In this document: positions 36,678-49,990 of the stretch, piece after piece
How positions within the stretch are numbered: position 1 is the stretch's first letter
How the letters are laid out: each line of letters begins with the position of its first letter
Source of the DNA: Neodothiora populina
Taxonomy: Eukaryota
Direction: 5' to 3'
NCBI RefSeq assembly: GCF_041146345.1
Contig: NW_027191410.1
Location: 186,001-250,000 of the forward strand
Length of the DNA: 64,000 nt
Notes under the pieces: generated by a model
The model's database searches: none
Seen by the model: the letters and a program-made list of their open reading frames with translations, nothing else
Told to the model about the DNA's origin: nothing
Position numbers and translations under genes: made by a program

Positions 36678-37212
36678 CTACTGCCACCTGACCATTCCCG
36701 AGAGCCGCTTGAGGAAGTTCTGACCCCACGACCGATTCGGCACCTCGTCGAGTTCCTTCTCCAGATCGCGGTAGTGATCCGGCACACTAGTTGGATTCAT
36801 CATCTTTTGCGACAACGGGTACTGTTGCGCAAATCATCATTTCAGCAACTGGACTCTCTTCGCTCTTTGGACAAATAAAGCAAGGCACAAGGAAAACCGA
36901 ATACAAACCTCATTGGCATATCGGTTCTCCAACAACGAGTAAAGCGCATTGACCTCTCTGAGTTCGGCGGTAGGCGTGCTGCGCGACGGATTCACGACCT
37001 CGACCTGCGCCGTATTGGACTCGTTGATGTCTGGCTCTGGGCCCGCGGCTATTCTCTTCTTCAGGACTTTTTGGAAGGAGATTCCGGGCCGCAGGCGGTC
37101 GACTGGCCAGCGGTTGAAGAGGCGTGTGTAGTGTTTGGAGATTTGCTGTGGGAGAAAAGTCTCAGTGCGTGTCTTGGTGAAGGTTTTGTTGTGGTCTTAC
37201 TGCTCGTGACAT
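36678..37212 (-). CDS. Cytochrome b assembly factor Cbp6/UQCC2-like
   Basis: Spliced product MSRA|QISKHYTRLFNRWPVDRLRP..VNALYSLLENRYANE|YPLSQKMMNPTSVPDHY..; the WPxD and LLENRY motifs fit the family. Absent from the ORF track. Confidence 0.75.
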
Positions 37213-37603
37213 GTTGGTGATTGTGTTGTGCTATATGTCGGGAATTGAGTACGGATTATTGAGGTAGACGGGTGGCAGGATGATAGATGATTGGTAGGTA
37301 GGGTAAAATAAAGTTGTGCCTCTGTTACTACAAAGATCGACGACATCATCTCTCGCTCTCTCCGCATCTGAGTTCCCGTCCCCGAGACCCTTTATGCCAA
37401 GACAAGAGCGATTGAGATTATCACTTCCATTGTGATTAGATAATGTTCAAGAAATGCTCAAAATATGCTCCAATGCAACAGAAAAGAACAACGGAGGATC
37501 AAGGATGTCATGATAAGAGAAAATAGAAAAAGTGCTTGTTTTTGTTTTGTAGTATATCTAGTGTCCATCGAGTCACATCGCTACAGCATCCTCGTGAGCC
37601 ATC

Positions 37604-38804
37604 TCAAGCGTAACCCTTGAGCACCGCCGCCTCGGCATTAAGGATAGATGATCCCGCTGCACCGATGACGGTGTTGTGGCTGAGTGCGACAAACTTGATG
37701 TCGAAGATGCCGCTCTCGTCCTCTCTGACTCTTCCCACGCTGACCGCGTATCCTCTGTCCGTCTCGCGGTCGAGTCTGGGTTGCGGTCGGTCCGGCTCCT
37801 CCATGACCACAATGGCGTGCTCCGGCGCTGACGGGCAGCCGAGCTTCTGAGCGTCAGACACGTACTCGCGCATGGCCTGCTTGACCTCCTCGGCCGAGGG
37901 CGCTGGTCGTCTGTCGAACTTGAGCGACACGCACGCCGTGTGTCCGTCCAACACGGGCACTCTGTTGCATGCCGCCGAGATCTTGAGCTCCGCCTGGTCC
38001 TGGAAGCCCGTGACCTCTGCGTTGACCTGACCCAGAATCTTCTGAGCTTCGGTCTCGAGCTTGTCCTCCTCGCCAGAAATGAAAGGCACGACGTTGTCAA
38101 TGACATCCATACTGCTGACGCCGGGGTATCCTGCGCCAGAGACTGCCTGCATCGTGACCACAGACACCTGGTTGATGGGGCCGAACTTGGCCTGGAGAGC
38201 GGCGAAAGGGATGACTATGCCGATGACGGCGCAGTTGGAGTTGCACATGAGGAAACCCTTCTCAAGGCCGTAATGCTTGCGCTGGTGCTTGATGACATCC
38301 ATGTGAGGCAGGTTCACCGTGGGCACGACCAGAGGCACCAGGGGGTCGCGACGGTAGTTCTTTGCGTTGGAGAAGACGGCGAGGTTGGACTTGAGGAAAG
38401 CCATCTCGACATCGCCGGCGACATCACTGTCCAGACCGGAGAAGACCAGGTCGCAGTCCGCAAACTCCTCAGGCACACACTTTCGGACCACCAACTCGCC
38501 CAGCTCTTTGGACATGGGATATGCCTGCTTCCATTTCACTGCGTCTCTGTACTTCTTTCCGGCGGATCGCTCCGAGGCTCCGACGGCATGGAGCTTAAAG
38601 TGTGGGTGGAGGGCGAGGAGGAGGATGAATCGCTGGCCGACCGAGCCAGTGGCGCCGAGAACACCTGTGTTGTGCTCGTGTCAATGTCGCCAATTCTCTT
38701 GTGCAGTATAGTATTGAGCAGAATTGTGAATCAGGGGAAATTTACATACCGCACTTCTTGGGCGGGAAGTTGCCAGTGTTGCTGGTGAAGCTCTGGACAT
38801 CCAT
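37604..38804 (-). CDS. HOM2: Aspartate-semialdehyde dehydrogenase
   Basis: [51 protein letters not shown]. Confidence 0.96.
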
Positions 38805-39411
38805 GGTGGGGGTGTGAGAATGCGTGTGACTGGGTATTGTGTTACAGCAATGGAAAAATATAAAAGAACGAAGTCTCAACTTTGAGAGCAATCGACACAA
38901 TTGGGGGCTTCCTTAGCAGAAACAAGAGAAAAGTGCTTTTGTTATCTGTCGCAAAGTTACAGATGCAATTCAATCATTGAGTTACCTTTTTCCTAAGGAT
39001 GACTGTGACGCACACGCGTGATCTGCCGTGTAAAACTTCGCCGTCATCGCTCCGCTGGTTGAACCCCTCCAACCACAGCCGCTTGACTTGAGCTTAGCGT
39101 CTGAGAGCGATTTCGGAACCCTTCAAGTGCGTATCATGATGGTGCATTCTACCAATGAAGGGAATCCACACACGTTCTGGAACCTCTCGTGTTGAGTGCT
39201 GTCATCATGCCAGGTCACAGTATGCCTGCTCGTGATCTCCATATGGACAGGCTTTCAACTGTTCCTTTCTTGGTGCATCGCGCATCACCATCATATCACC
39301 ATCAAGGATAGAGCGAATAAGTAACACTGAAACAGTCGTGTCTCTACTTTGACTCTATGCAAGAAACATCTTCTATATCAAACTATATGGACTTTGTTCT
39401 TTCCTGCCTTC

Positions 39412-40611
39412 TTATTCTGCATCTTGCATGAACTCCACAACAGCTGAATGGAAAGAAACATGTCAGTGTCACAATCTCGAGCAATAACAGTAATGACGAA
39501 ACGAGATATCCTCTTACCTTTGCGGAATTCTTCGGGCTTCTCGCTAACGACCCAATGGCCACAATCAATGTCCTTGACTTGAAATCTCGGAAAGAAGCGA
39601 CCGATAATGGGCAGAGTCTCGTCAGGCACATAGTGGCTCTGAGTGCCACGCACGAACAGCGTCGGGCCCGACCATCTCGCCTCGTCCGGGTCCTTGAAAG
39701 GGAAATCCGCCATGTTGTCCAACGCATTGGCGAGATACTCGACGGGAACACGGAAGCGCTGCATACCGTCCTCCTTGGACCGTTGCAAGTTGGTGAGCAG
39801 GAACTGGCGAATGGGCAGGTTGGACTCGTAGGTAGCCATGATGGCGTCGGCTTCGGTTTGTTTCTTGACCCCAGCGGCTTCGATGGCGCGCATGGCCCGG
39901 ATGTATTTGGCAAAGTCGGACTTTAGTGCTGCGTCTACGGGGGCGTTGTCGACGGAGATGAGCGTCGAGATGGGTGTCTTTGCGCGCAAGGCGACTACCA
40001 TTGCTGTCTTTGCGCCCCTGGGAATTTCACACCGTGTGTTAGGACACGCAGATTGTATGACGAGACAAGAAGAGAAAGTCATACATGGAGTGGCCTATCA
40101 GCGCACTGTTCTTGATCTCGTGATCCTGTATGAAATGCTCGACATCTTCGGCAAGGGCGGTGTAGTCGTGACGCGGATCGTGTGGTGATTCACCATGATT
40201 CCTCAAGTCCTGGTGAAGAGAATAAGCAAGGTCAACCAGCCAATGGACCAGAGGATATTCAGACGTACAATGGCGTAAACAGAACGGTTCAACTCGCGGG
40301 CGAACACTCTGAAGAAACCCCCAATGTCAACCCATCGAGACTCGACAAGGAAACAGCAGAAAGGATATAAGAAGTCGTCCTCACTTACTCATGCTCCTGT
40401 TATTCTTCTTGGAGCCGAACAGGCCGTGCATGAAGATAATGGGAGCATTGGTCGCGGAATCCGGGCTCGGTCGCTCGGCCTCGTAGTAGTCGTAGGCGAG
40501 AGTGAGTTTGGAGCTGACCGGCGAGGATGAGAATTGGCGGAGGGATTGACGATAGGAAAGGGGAGAAGAGGCCAGTCGTGACTGGAGTGCTTTTGCGCGA
40601 TGTGCGAACAT
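39412..40611 (-). CDS. Mitochondrial alpha/beta hydrolase (ABHD11 / Imo32-Eat1-like), 5 exons
   Basis: Presequence, MHGLFGS, DLRNHG, nucleophile GHSM|G, VDNAP, GHWV; all introns canonical. Confidence 0.9.
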
Positions 40612-41282
40612 GGCTTCTCGTCTGTGTTCCGGGGACGAGTAGATTTGATTTGGTGGTATGTTATTGCATACGAATAATCTAAAAGTTACGGGGGGGTGCT
40701 GAGAAAGTTTAGAATGCTTATGACGCTGTTGTGCAGCAAGAAAGCACAGAGACGGAGGTAAGCATTGACGGCGAAATCCTGGCCAGGGTCACTTTGTCAT
40801 TTGCGCTGTCAACATGAAGCCAGCTACAGTAACCTCGCTGAATGCAATCCTCTTACGATATTCAACAACATGAAGCCACAGCAGCAAAGGGCGTGATATG
40901 GTCGCCCGTTGAAACGATAGTCGTATGCAAAAGTGTTTACGGAGGCGGTACAGTAGAAAGTTACAGCATTTCATCATGTATCTGGCTTTCGCTATTCGCT
41001 TTTATGCGAGTATTTGTCGTAGTACCTTTTGAAAAGACACGCGGTATAGGTATTTTGTATGGAGCCTCCTTCCTCTTTTCCTTGAACGCCATGCGCCGTA
41101 CACATTTGGTAGAAATGGCGCGTTTCCGACCCTCTGTATTTTGGTCTGTCAAGAGGTCGAACCTTCGACTTCACTTTCCAGAGGAGCATGAAGAACTGGG
41201 CGTGCCAGTACCTGTGCGATTGTATGGTTTCCTCTGTGCTCATGCATCATGCTTGAAATCTTACAGCCCATCATTGCCCACC

Positions 41283-41762
41283 TCAAGTAAGAAGAACCAG
41301 AATAACCGAGTCGCCTCGCAGGAACATTTTGCTGATGAAGCGATCCTTGTTCATGCCCTTGCCGGGCTTTCCTTGCGCATTCTTGGGGTATTCCGTCCAC
41401 ATCTCCTTGACGTTCTCCAGCACCATGTTGCAATGTCTGTCGAAGGCCTTGACGCGTGCTAGTAGCTTTCTGTTGTTGCGGCACGAGATGACGACCTGGT
41501 TGTGATTGCGAACGGCGGTTTGGAGAATGGACAGGGGTCCCGCTGTGAACTCGTGCTCTTCGACGCGCGCGACTTCGTATTCGCTGGGAGGTTTGTTAGA
41601 CGACGGGCGCGATAAGGGGGGGACTAGATGCTTGAAGCGTACGTGAGCTCGCTGCGCGGCTTTTGAAGAAGTTCGCTGGGAATAGATTAGCATTGAGCGC
41701 ATGATCTTGTAGACCGGATATCTGGAGTGATGCGCTTACGAAATCTTGGTGTTGTCAGCCAT
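41283..41762 (-). CDS. SMD2: Small nuclear ribonucleoprotein Sm D2
   Basis: [73 protein letters not shown]. Confidence 0.96.
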
Positions 41763-42727
41763 CTTGAAGGTATTACTACTGATGATGACTTGTAATCGAG
41801 CTGATAGAGTGGAATATGAGGGACAATCGTATCGCTTTCTATGATGGCCGAGCTTGGTGTCTGTGGTATAGTTCAGTTGTACTGATTGGATGCGCCGTAC
41901 TGCAGTGTATCCCACTGTGCTGTGTAGTACAGCGGCGGAGGCCTTTCCTCAATCCGGAGTTTCGCCGAGCAAATATATACTGTACGATCTGAACCACCCT
42001 CCTTCTCTCATACCAGGATTATTTGCCGTCACGTACAAGAAGTGATATAAATGAAGATGCAATGTAGCTTTGGTGAAACAATGAGAAATAGGCGAAAGAG
42101 TCAAGATAATCGTGTCTGGTCAAGCAATTTGTATACCAACCATCATTTTCTATAATTCGCCTGATAAAGTCACACGTATGGCTTCTAATAGTAACTCGTC
42201 CACCGCAAACTTCGAAGACTCTACTGGACTAAGCCGTGCATGCATACTCGCGACAAGATTGCTGGATCAAGCTCAGAAGAAAAGTAAGAGTTATTCATGT
42301 TTACTATATTACAGAACTGGATAAAGACTCGGGCCACGACAACACACGTGCTATGGCCAGGAGAACAGAGGTCCGACCAGACGTCTAGCCAATACCGACA
42401 TTTCTTTACCAGCAGATGGAATGTACAAAGCTCAAAAGTGAGACCAGTGAATGAGGCGTATGCGCCAGGTCAAGGTCAAAGACAAAAGTGTTGCGTGGGC
42501 GTAAATACTTTCAGGCCCAGTTCTTGCAAGCCGCTCTCCCTGCAATGCTGCTCCGACGTTGATTGTGTGAGCTAGTCGGATGGGGGGTCGTTTTGTTGCA
42601 GTGCCAGCAAGTCATGTCCTGTCTTACTTTCAGCCCTTCGTGAGGCTTAGACTGCCTCACAAGCACTCGCATCCGGCTTCTTCAACCTCTGCGAAATCCG
42701 TCAGCCGCTCAAGCACGCCGTACCCAT

Positions 42728-43375
42728 TCATGCACCGATTTCCTTGGATTCTGCTCCAGTGCTTGCGATTTCTTCCACATCCTGATCCTCCTCGACAAGG
42801 AACTCAGAATCCTCAACGTTCTGGCCAATGAGCTCCGGGGGCATTTCAGCAGTCTCCAAAGCAAGTGCTGCATAATCGACCTGAGGTAGACCAAGTGCGA
42901 CTCTCTGCATGTTGAATCTGTCCTGAACGGACTTGGTGGCCATGACGATGCATCGTAGACGCCAGCCCTCCATGCCCAATTCCCTTATTCTTGCGCTCTT
43001 CTCGCCCAGGAGATATTCGTCTAGTCCTCCAACCTTATCAATAGTCCTGAGAACTCTCGTGCTCACACGCACTCTGATGCGTCGGTTGAGGGCTTTGCTG
43101 AAGAGTGATTTGCGCATGATGTTGGGATGCCACGTGCGACGAGATTTGGTCTCGGTGTCCTTGGACACGTTGTTGCCGAATCGAACACGCTGGCCGCCGT
43201 ACAGGCCCTTGTCTGATTGCTTGTACCACCTCGCCGGGCCGTGTGGGTAAGGTGGTAGGTTTTCGTGTGCCTCCGCGAGTGCGTTCTTGTGTGACTTCCA
43301 GGACAGACGGGTACTCGTCGAGAATGCGCGAGACTCTACGGCGTGAAGACACCGGGGACGGAGAGCGGAGAACAT
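42728..43375 (-). CDS. MRPL24: Mitochondrial ribosomal protein bL28m
   Basis: GLYGGQRVRFGNNVS..KSRRTWHPN..RVLRTIDKVGGLDEYLL; presequence MFSALRPR. Confidence 0.92.
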   Translation of the reverse strand: MFSALRPRCLHAVESRAFSTSTRLSWKSHKNALAEAHENLPPYPHGPARWYKQSDKGLYGGQRVRFGNNVSKDTETKSRRTWHPNIMRKSLFSKALNRRIRVRVSTRVLRTIDKVGGLDEYLLGEKSARIRELGMEGWRLRCIVMATKSVQDRFNMQRVALGLPQVDYAALALETAEMPPELIGQNVEDSEFLVEEDQDVEEIASTGAESKEIGA

Positions 43376-44072
43376 GGTGAGCGATATATGTAAACAGGTG
43401 GTAGCCGGGAGTGCTGTCGTGCTAAGCAAAAGGTGTTAAGGCACTCGTGTCTACTGGTGCTCGTCAATAAAATTGAGCGGAGAGCAGAGTAAAAACGTCC
43501 AGATCCGTTTGTCGAGTGAGAGATTCCCGCTTCGAGATTAACACAGGCGATTGGCCTCCGAGTGTCGAGACAAGGTGGTGAGTCGTGTGCTTGACAATAA
43601 TACAAACTGTCTATCAATCATCCATCGCGGAAGCGACTTCGACAAATCCAAAGTCGGCGTATCGGCTTCACATGCAAACACATTCAAACACTTTGGGACC
43701 TGTAGGTGCCATGCAAACCGCAAGCAAACCCGAATTCGTGACGGTCATCATCCAGTGCTTATCTGACACGGATAGATCCGGCAATGCAAGATAAGGTAAG
43801 GCGAGAGGTACGGATCCCTTACCCTACATGTATCTGTACCTGCCCTTCCGACATCTGTTTATCGTCATACCATAAAGTGTGGAACAAAAACGGCAGTCCA
43901 GGAATAAATTCGAACTTCTTCGAAAACCACAAAACTACTGCAACTCAGCATTTGGTATACCTCTGGGAAATCTGCAACTTTACCTCTTCGAACTCTCCCC
44001 ACCATTAACGTCATCGCCCGACCATCCACCTAGGTGACTCAGCTCGAAAACAATACTCTTAGCGAATCGATA

Positions 44073-44848
44073 ATGCGACCAGACGGTGTTCGCCCTACCG
44101 TGGTAGGACCAGAGCATGGGCCTGAAGCACCCTTCCCCATCAGGCTGGATGGCGAGGTAGTCAAAGGCTTCGGGCGAGGAAGTAAAGATGTGAGTCTCAC
44201 AATCCAGGCTCTCCGAAGAACAATTCACAAAGTCCTTGTGAAACCTGATATATATAGACTTTTCTCCTCTTTCGCCACTGACAAATAACCCAGCTCGGTA
44301 TCCCGACAGCCAACATCCCCCTGTCAGGGCTCACAGTCGGCGGCCACAACGACATGGAATCCGGCGTCTACTACGGCTGGGCCGGCCTATCGCCCAGCAG
44401 CGCGATCGGCGAAATGGCACACACGGGAACCACGATGCAAAAAGTCGAACACGCCGCCGGCAAAGTGCTAGACGGGATCGTGCGGGCGGTGGCGGGTCCA
44501 TCAGGCGAAGAAGAAGAACGGGAAGGCAGCTTCACGCACGACAGAGGCGCCGTTTTCCCCATGGTCATGTCGATAGGGTGGAATCCGTTCTACAAGAACA
44601 CGGTCAGGAGTGTCGAGGTGCACATCTTGCATGAGTTCAAGCATGACTTTTACGGCAGTCATATGAACCTTGTCATTTTGGGGTTCATCCGCCCGGAATA
44701 TGATTATGTGAGCAAGGAGAGCTTGATTGAGGATATCAAGACAGATATCGAGGTCACGGGCAAATGCTTGGCTAGGCCGGCGTATGCCAAGTTCAGACAC
44801 GACAAGAGTCTGTTGGACTTTGACGGCAAGGGCAAAGAGGCGCAATAG
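44073..44848 (+). CDS. FMN1: Riboflavin kinase
   Basis: [45 protein letters not shown]; intron 44190-44293. Confidence 0.95.
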
Positions 44849-45687
44849 GAGGGACGTTGGTGTCGTTATAATGAAGTACTCATGATTGCGTAGCATCTCT
44901 ACAGATAGATGGAAATGATAGATGACATTGTTCTTCACATTGCCAATCGTGGTTGACTACGGAGAGGACGTGGTATGCCATGGTGTTCTTCCGATGCTGA
45001 AAGCCTTGATGACCATGGTCATTTCATACCTCGACCCGATATTGTCCATCGACCTTCCGCCTGGATCAATCCGACCAGGCTTGGAGACTATCAAAGAGCG
45101 CGAGGACATGGTAGATGTACTACTTGCAAGTGTATATATTCGGTCCCTGCGGATGATACACACATGCTTCCCGTGCCCAATTCCTCCAGCACGCTCTTTC
45201 GTACTTCGGTGATCATCGAACGGTGACGCTTCCAGTAATTTCGTCCTGCTTCCCTGCGTACTTTTGCCGCTCGCGGTACGGCGCATGGAAATCCGTTACA
45301 GGCGCTGCAGGTGAAGCCTGTGCTGAAGGGGATCCGTGACACGGGCAGCCTCGCTCTCTAGACTAAGCATGTCACGATCGTCCTTCAGCTCCCCATTCGT
45401 TGGGGACTTTGCCCTGCTAGATGTGCCAGAACCCTTGTTTGTCTGTGATGTCCACTTATGTTCCAGTGTATCCTGACGCCCCAGCTGAACCAGGCTTGTC
45501 TCAAATGATGTTGATCTGTGCCTTTGGGGCGCTGGCTCTCATGTAGGATTGGTGGAGAGATCGTGTTTTCCATGATGTTTCGTTCGGCGCCAGAAGTCGT
45601 AGGACCGATGATCTCGTGTCGACCGTCTGCTCTTGAAGATCTCTTGAAATTATGATGATGATTCATCAGTCGAATGGCGAGAATGAT

Positions 45688-46362
45688 TTACTTTGCCGCG
45701 CGTCTCTTCCGCTCCAATATCTCCCTTCTGAGACCTTCCGCCGCGACCTCAACATCGATCATGCGGCCGATACCATTGCGCCAAGTCTGTTCCATTGTCT
45801 CCATCTCGGCTCTCGTAGCGGCCTGCGCGGTGCGTCTCTCTTCATTCAACGCCTCGAGCTCGTCCTTGCGCGCAATCACTTCCTTCTCGGCATCGCGCAA
45901 GATGTGCTCGAGCTGATCATTGCTGATGAGCCACGCGTTCTTGCCGAAAGTCTCCAGCAGGCCGAGGTTGGTCAATCTTGACTGTAAATACTCGGAGCTA
46001 GTATAGGCGTTCTGGAGGACAGCGCGCCACTCGGCGATGTCGGTTGAGACAGGCGCATCCTGGGCTTCGTAGCGAGACAAGTCGATGCCTCCCTCCTTGG
46101 GGAGTCCAGCAGCGAGTCGCGCGTGTTCGGCGGCTACTAGGTCGGAGAAGTCCGAATCGGGATATTGAGGAAGTCTCTCGTGCAGTGTGGTGTTATAGTC
46201 TGCGGGTAGAGACTGGGTCACGAGTGCCTTGGCCGAGGCAATGTCGCTTTGAGATGGAGCTGCATCGATGTCTGGGATGAGGTTAGCACGATTATGATGC
46301 ATTTGACTACTTGGGAAGAACATACAAGGCAGATAGTCCTGCGAGCTCTGGATGAGAGGCAT
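45688..46362 (-). CDS. SPF27: Pre-mRNA splicing factor SPF27/BCAS2 (Cwf7)
   Basis: MPLIQSSQDYLP|YID, GIDLSRYE, RLTNLGLLETFGKNAWL; in-frame intron 46272-46325. Confidence 0.9.
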   Translation of the reverse strand: MPLIQSSQDYLPCMFFPSSQMHHNRANLIPDIDAAPSQSDIASAKALVTQSLPADYNTTLHERLPQYPDSDFSDLVAAEHARLAAGLPKEGGIDLSRYEAQDAPVSTDIAEWRAVLQNAYTSSEYLQSRLTNLGLLETFGKNAWLISNDQLEHILRDAEKEVIARKDELEALNEERRTAQAATRAEMETMEQTWRNGIGRMIDVEVAAEGLRREILERKRRAAK

Positions 46363-47139
46363 TCTGGGCGTGGTGTGTATGTGTGTACAGCAACTGAGTC
46401 GTGATTGTCGTTGTGTAATCCGCAAGAATAAAGTAATTAATCCGCCTGTCCAGATGACGCCAACGAGCAGCGTCGATGCCAAGTCTTTCGCTAATTTCGA
46501 AATAGTACATCAAGCAGTTACGAATTAGATATAACAAAACACAAGGTAGAACTTTCCATGGATGCCATATCGCAGGAAGGCTTCCAACTGTGCTTGCTGT
46601 CATGATTCAGGACTGTGAGTAGTAGCGTTAGTTGACCAATGAAATGTAGGCTAGAACAACGTATAGCGACCAACCATATAGACCACAGAGCATGGGTCAG
46701 CATGAGAGTGAGAATGCATACTTTACTTGACGAATATGACAGAACCACGTATTATTCTCTGTGAAAGTGCCTTACCAACTACAGCTGGAAGCGTCTTTTC
46801 GACCAAGGATCACACATCGCGGTGGCGACACAATCAAATGGTACCTATCACAAGAGAGTCAAAGCAGAAAAGGTAAGCCACGCACCTGGGGCACGACAAG
46901 AACTACCTGTCATAAGCCTGTAATCGTCATGGAATGAACAACATCACTTCAGGCTGTCACGCTAGTTATTGAAGGGGCCAATGCGTGGTACAATTAGTTT
47001 TGACGGTAAAACGACCATCAGCACTCAAGCCACGGGCACATTAAACCGAGTAGACTAGTCAGATAAGTATAGAAAATCACCGTCATCCAGCCTCTTCCCT
47101 CGTCCAGTCAAGACAGAGCCAACCGCAGGTCCTAACGAA

Positions 47140-47813
47140 ATGTTGATTATTTACGTGATACTGATCCTGGTCGCACTGTTTGGTAGAGAAAAAAAGAAGA
47201 GGTGCCTGGGGACCATGATTGGGATGAGGGCCAGACTGGCGAGGGCGGTGGCCATGTTGTGTATGGGAAGAGACCAGAGAATTATCATGCCAAAGATGTA
47301 ATTCACTACCTCGAGAGTCATCATCGGCACGACTAACCTTTTGACCAGATAGCCCCTTGCCAACCTGGCAGGAAGACGAAATCACACTTGTATTGCAAAA
47401 AGATCGGAAGCTTTATGCCGGAGCCAAAATTCTACGACTGCTGCAAGAAGCACGACGCCTGCTGGCCCAGCTGCGCCAAGGATTCTTTCAAAACCTGTAA
47501 CAAGGAATTCCAAGAATGCATACGGGACATGTGTGCTCTACATCCGGACCCCAAACTCGGCTTTTTCAAAGCCTTGTTCACGGACAATATTTGGGGCTGC
47601 TACAATGGCAACGGCGGCGCATACATAGATGCCGTGGAAAATGACTACATTGAACAAAAACATGCGCAGCTATGCGGCGAAGAAATACCCCCCGAGATGG
47701 GCGGCAGGACCACGATTCTTGAACTCAATCTCAAGCCTACAGGAATAGGAGATGTCCTCCGATTAGTTACGACGACGATGGCCGTCCCTACGCCTTTCGA
47801 TGATATAATATAA
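47140..47813 (+). pseudogene. Secreted Cys-rich protein with group XII secretory phospholipase A2-like motif, apparently frameshifted
   Basis: Hydrophobic N-terminus at 47140; intron GTAATT (47298)..GACTAAC..CAG (47348); motif CCKKHDACWPSC....CNKEFQECIRDMC. The signal-peptide frame and the downstream frame differ across an A7 run. Confidence 0.55.
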
Positions 47814-48404
47814 CCCACGCTCGTGGTCGTTGATCCGACGAAGGACACGATTTGATCTTTTGGAGGGGACCTACAGGTACATCAACCTGCTCAATTTTGT
47901 TTGAACAGGATCGGCCGCCTTGCCAACACGCGTTCGAGAGCCATTCCAGCCATCTCAGAGAAGTTGCCTATTTGCCACATGGCAAGATGGCAGCGTATAA
48001 ATCCGATGACGGCACAGCCAGGCTTTGATAAAATGTGACGAGAGCGACCAGGGGCAGAAGCTCGGAAGTCTTCTAGATTAGTTCAGCGTAGCGACCGTAT
48101 TGTCAGACGGCAAGCTGGTAATTTCGATGTTGCTAGCTTCGTCTGTCCCTATTTTTCTGGCACCGGAGCCAATAGGTCGTGCACTGTGGCATGTCTGTCG
48201 TTGGAGTGTCTCGACTGTCAAGTGTTGTCAAAGGGGCAATGATGGTAACGCCGAGGTTGTGCAATCGTCTGTTCAACGTAACGAAAGCAAAGAGAAGTGG
48301 TGGATGTTTTGCCTCCTCGATGTAGACTCTAACCAATTCACCGTGAAAGTAGCAGCAGAACCGGCAGCCGATCGACGTTGATTCGTATTTCTTTTAGTCC
48401 ACAG

Positions 48405-49232
48405 TCAGTCGTCGAAACCACCGAACTCGTCGTCGCTGTTCTTGTCGTCTGTTCCTTCTTCTTCGTCTTCATCTTCCTCGTCGTTGATGTTCTCCCCCTT
48501 CCAGTCAGCGAGTCGCGAATCGTCAAGTGCTTCTCGTGCACGCTCTCGGACGCTCTTGACAGGGCAATCCTTGGATAATCTAGTGATGGGACCCATCATC
48601 TCTTCCACTGGGGCAGATCTTTCGCCATCTGCCTTGTCCAATTCATCGACGTAGATGTCCAGTACGTGGTATCTCAGTCCGTTGGGGACCTTGACCTCCC
48701 TTGCGTTCATCGGACCTTCATGCTCCAATATCTCAAGGAACTCTGTGCGAGACTCTGCGTCTTTCCAGCCATCCCTCGCCAACCAGGTGAAAGATTGGGC
48801 GATGAAAACACGGACGAGATACAGGAATTTGTCCATACGTAGCGACTCAATACCGCCCCATTCCCGGCCCATGGTCTCCCAGAAACAGCGAATGAAGAGC
48901 AGGGTGTTTGCGTTGCTGCTGAAGACGGTGTGGAGAGAGGCGAGATCACGCGCGAGAGCCTGTTGGTAGCGCGGCTTGTCCGCCGACCACATTGCGTAGA
49001 AGAAGCCCTTCCATAGTTTGAGGAGGTCGAGATGTGTGAAGGCGGTTGAGCGTGAGAGGAAGGTTCGTAGTTGCGTGATTGCTCTGTCGCGTGTTTTGCG
49101 GTCTGTCTCCGTTGTAAGTTGCTGGTCACTGGAATATGATCTCTAGTCTTTAATCAGAAGAGATTGGTTTTATGTACCGTTTGCACCGAGTTGCTTGATG
49201 AAGGGATTGCTTTGCTGCACTGCGGCGGCCAT
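48405..49232 (-). CDS. RRP1: Ribosomal RNA processing protein Rrp1/Nop52
   Basis: FIKQLGAN|DRKTRD, LLKLWKGFFYAMWSADKP..QQ, REWGGIESLRMDKF, acidic tail. Confidence 0.93.
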
Positions 49233-49990
49233 CTTGACTGTGATGTGATTCTTCTTTCTTGTGTAAATCCGAAAAAGTCTCTCTCTGTTCCTGTCACTTG
49301 CTGTGGTTTCTTTATGTAGCGTCAATTGTTCGTATATAGATTTTATTTATTCGAAAGGTCCGGGTGAGATCAGGTTCATCAGAGATAATTATCCTAAACT
49401 TTATGAGAGAAATAAATATCATCTTTTGGAGAAAATCATGCCAAGGAATCCGGAGAACAGGGACGGACCTCCGAGAGACCGACATGGTCCACTTATCGAA
49501 CCTCTAAACAACAACCCTATACACTATTTACTGTACGTCAAGTCGTGGAGAGGACGATATCAATGCACTCCACGCGCGCCAGAACACATCTTACACTTAA
49601 TGGCTGCTGCAGGGCAATTACACTCAAGGTGTTGCACATCTACACTGCTCATGACATTTTGAAGATATGGTTGTGATGACGTTGCACTCAGTGAGAGTAA
49701 TCTGCCTGCATTGATTTCGTTTATACATACAGTAGGGTCCTTCCGTCATCCAAGAGCACTTCTATACCCCTCCTACATATGCCTAGTGGACAAGCGCATG
49801 TCAATTGCCTCCTGCCTCTGCACTTATACTGTTGGCTCTACAACCAACCAGCCATCTACGAATTTCGCCGAAGAGGGTGATGAAATCCTTTTGAAGGAGC
49901 ATTTCGAGATTGACACGACGGTTGTAGCTGCTAGAAGGCGCAGCAATTGTGGATGCTTCTAGTGAATCCATGTTGAGTTTGCATGTGAAG

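Noticed and set aside
37940..38788. 282-aa plus-strand ORF, and similar shadows over DUG1, CTP1, the CMD gene and SND2
   Set aside because: Antisense to strongly codon-biased genes, with no recognisable motifs.
38970..39010. Gcn4/CpcA-like sites upstream of HOM2 (TGAGTTA, ATGACTG)
   Set aside because: Only imperfect matches to TGACTCA, so not supportable.
41130..41175. Sm-site-like TATTTTGG followed by hairpin GTCGAA-CC-TTCGAC next to SMD2
   Set aside because: No U1/U2/U4/U5 hallmark sequences nearby, and it lies in the probable SMD2 3' UTR; insufficient for an snRNA call.
44922..45666. Several short ORFs between FMN1 and SPF27
   Set aside because: They overlap in conflicting frames with no domain signal; probably convergent UTRs.
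49303..49662. 119-aa ORF and possible LTR beside the gag gene
   Set aside because: The ORF has a GTG start in the RRP1 promoter, and I could not find a TG..CA direct repeat on both sides of gag.
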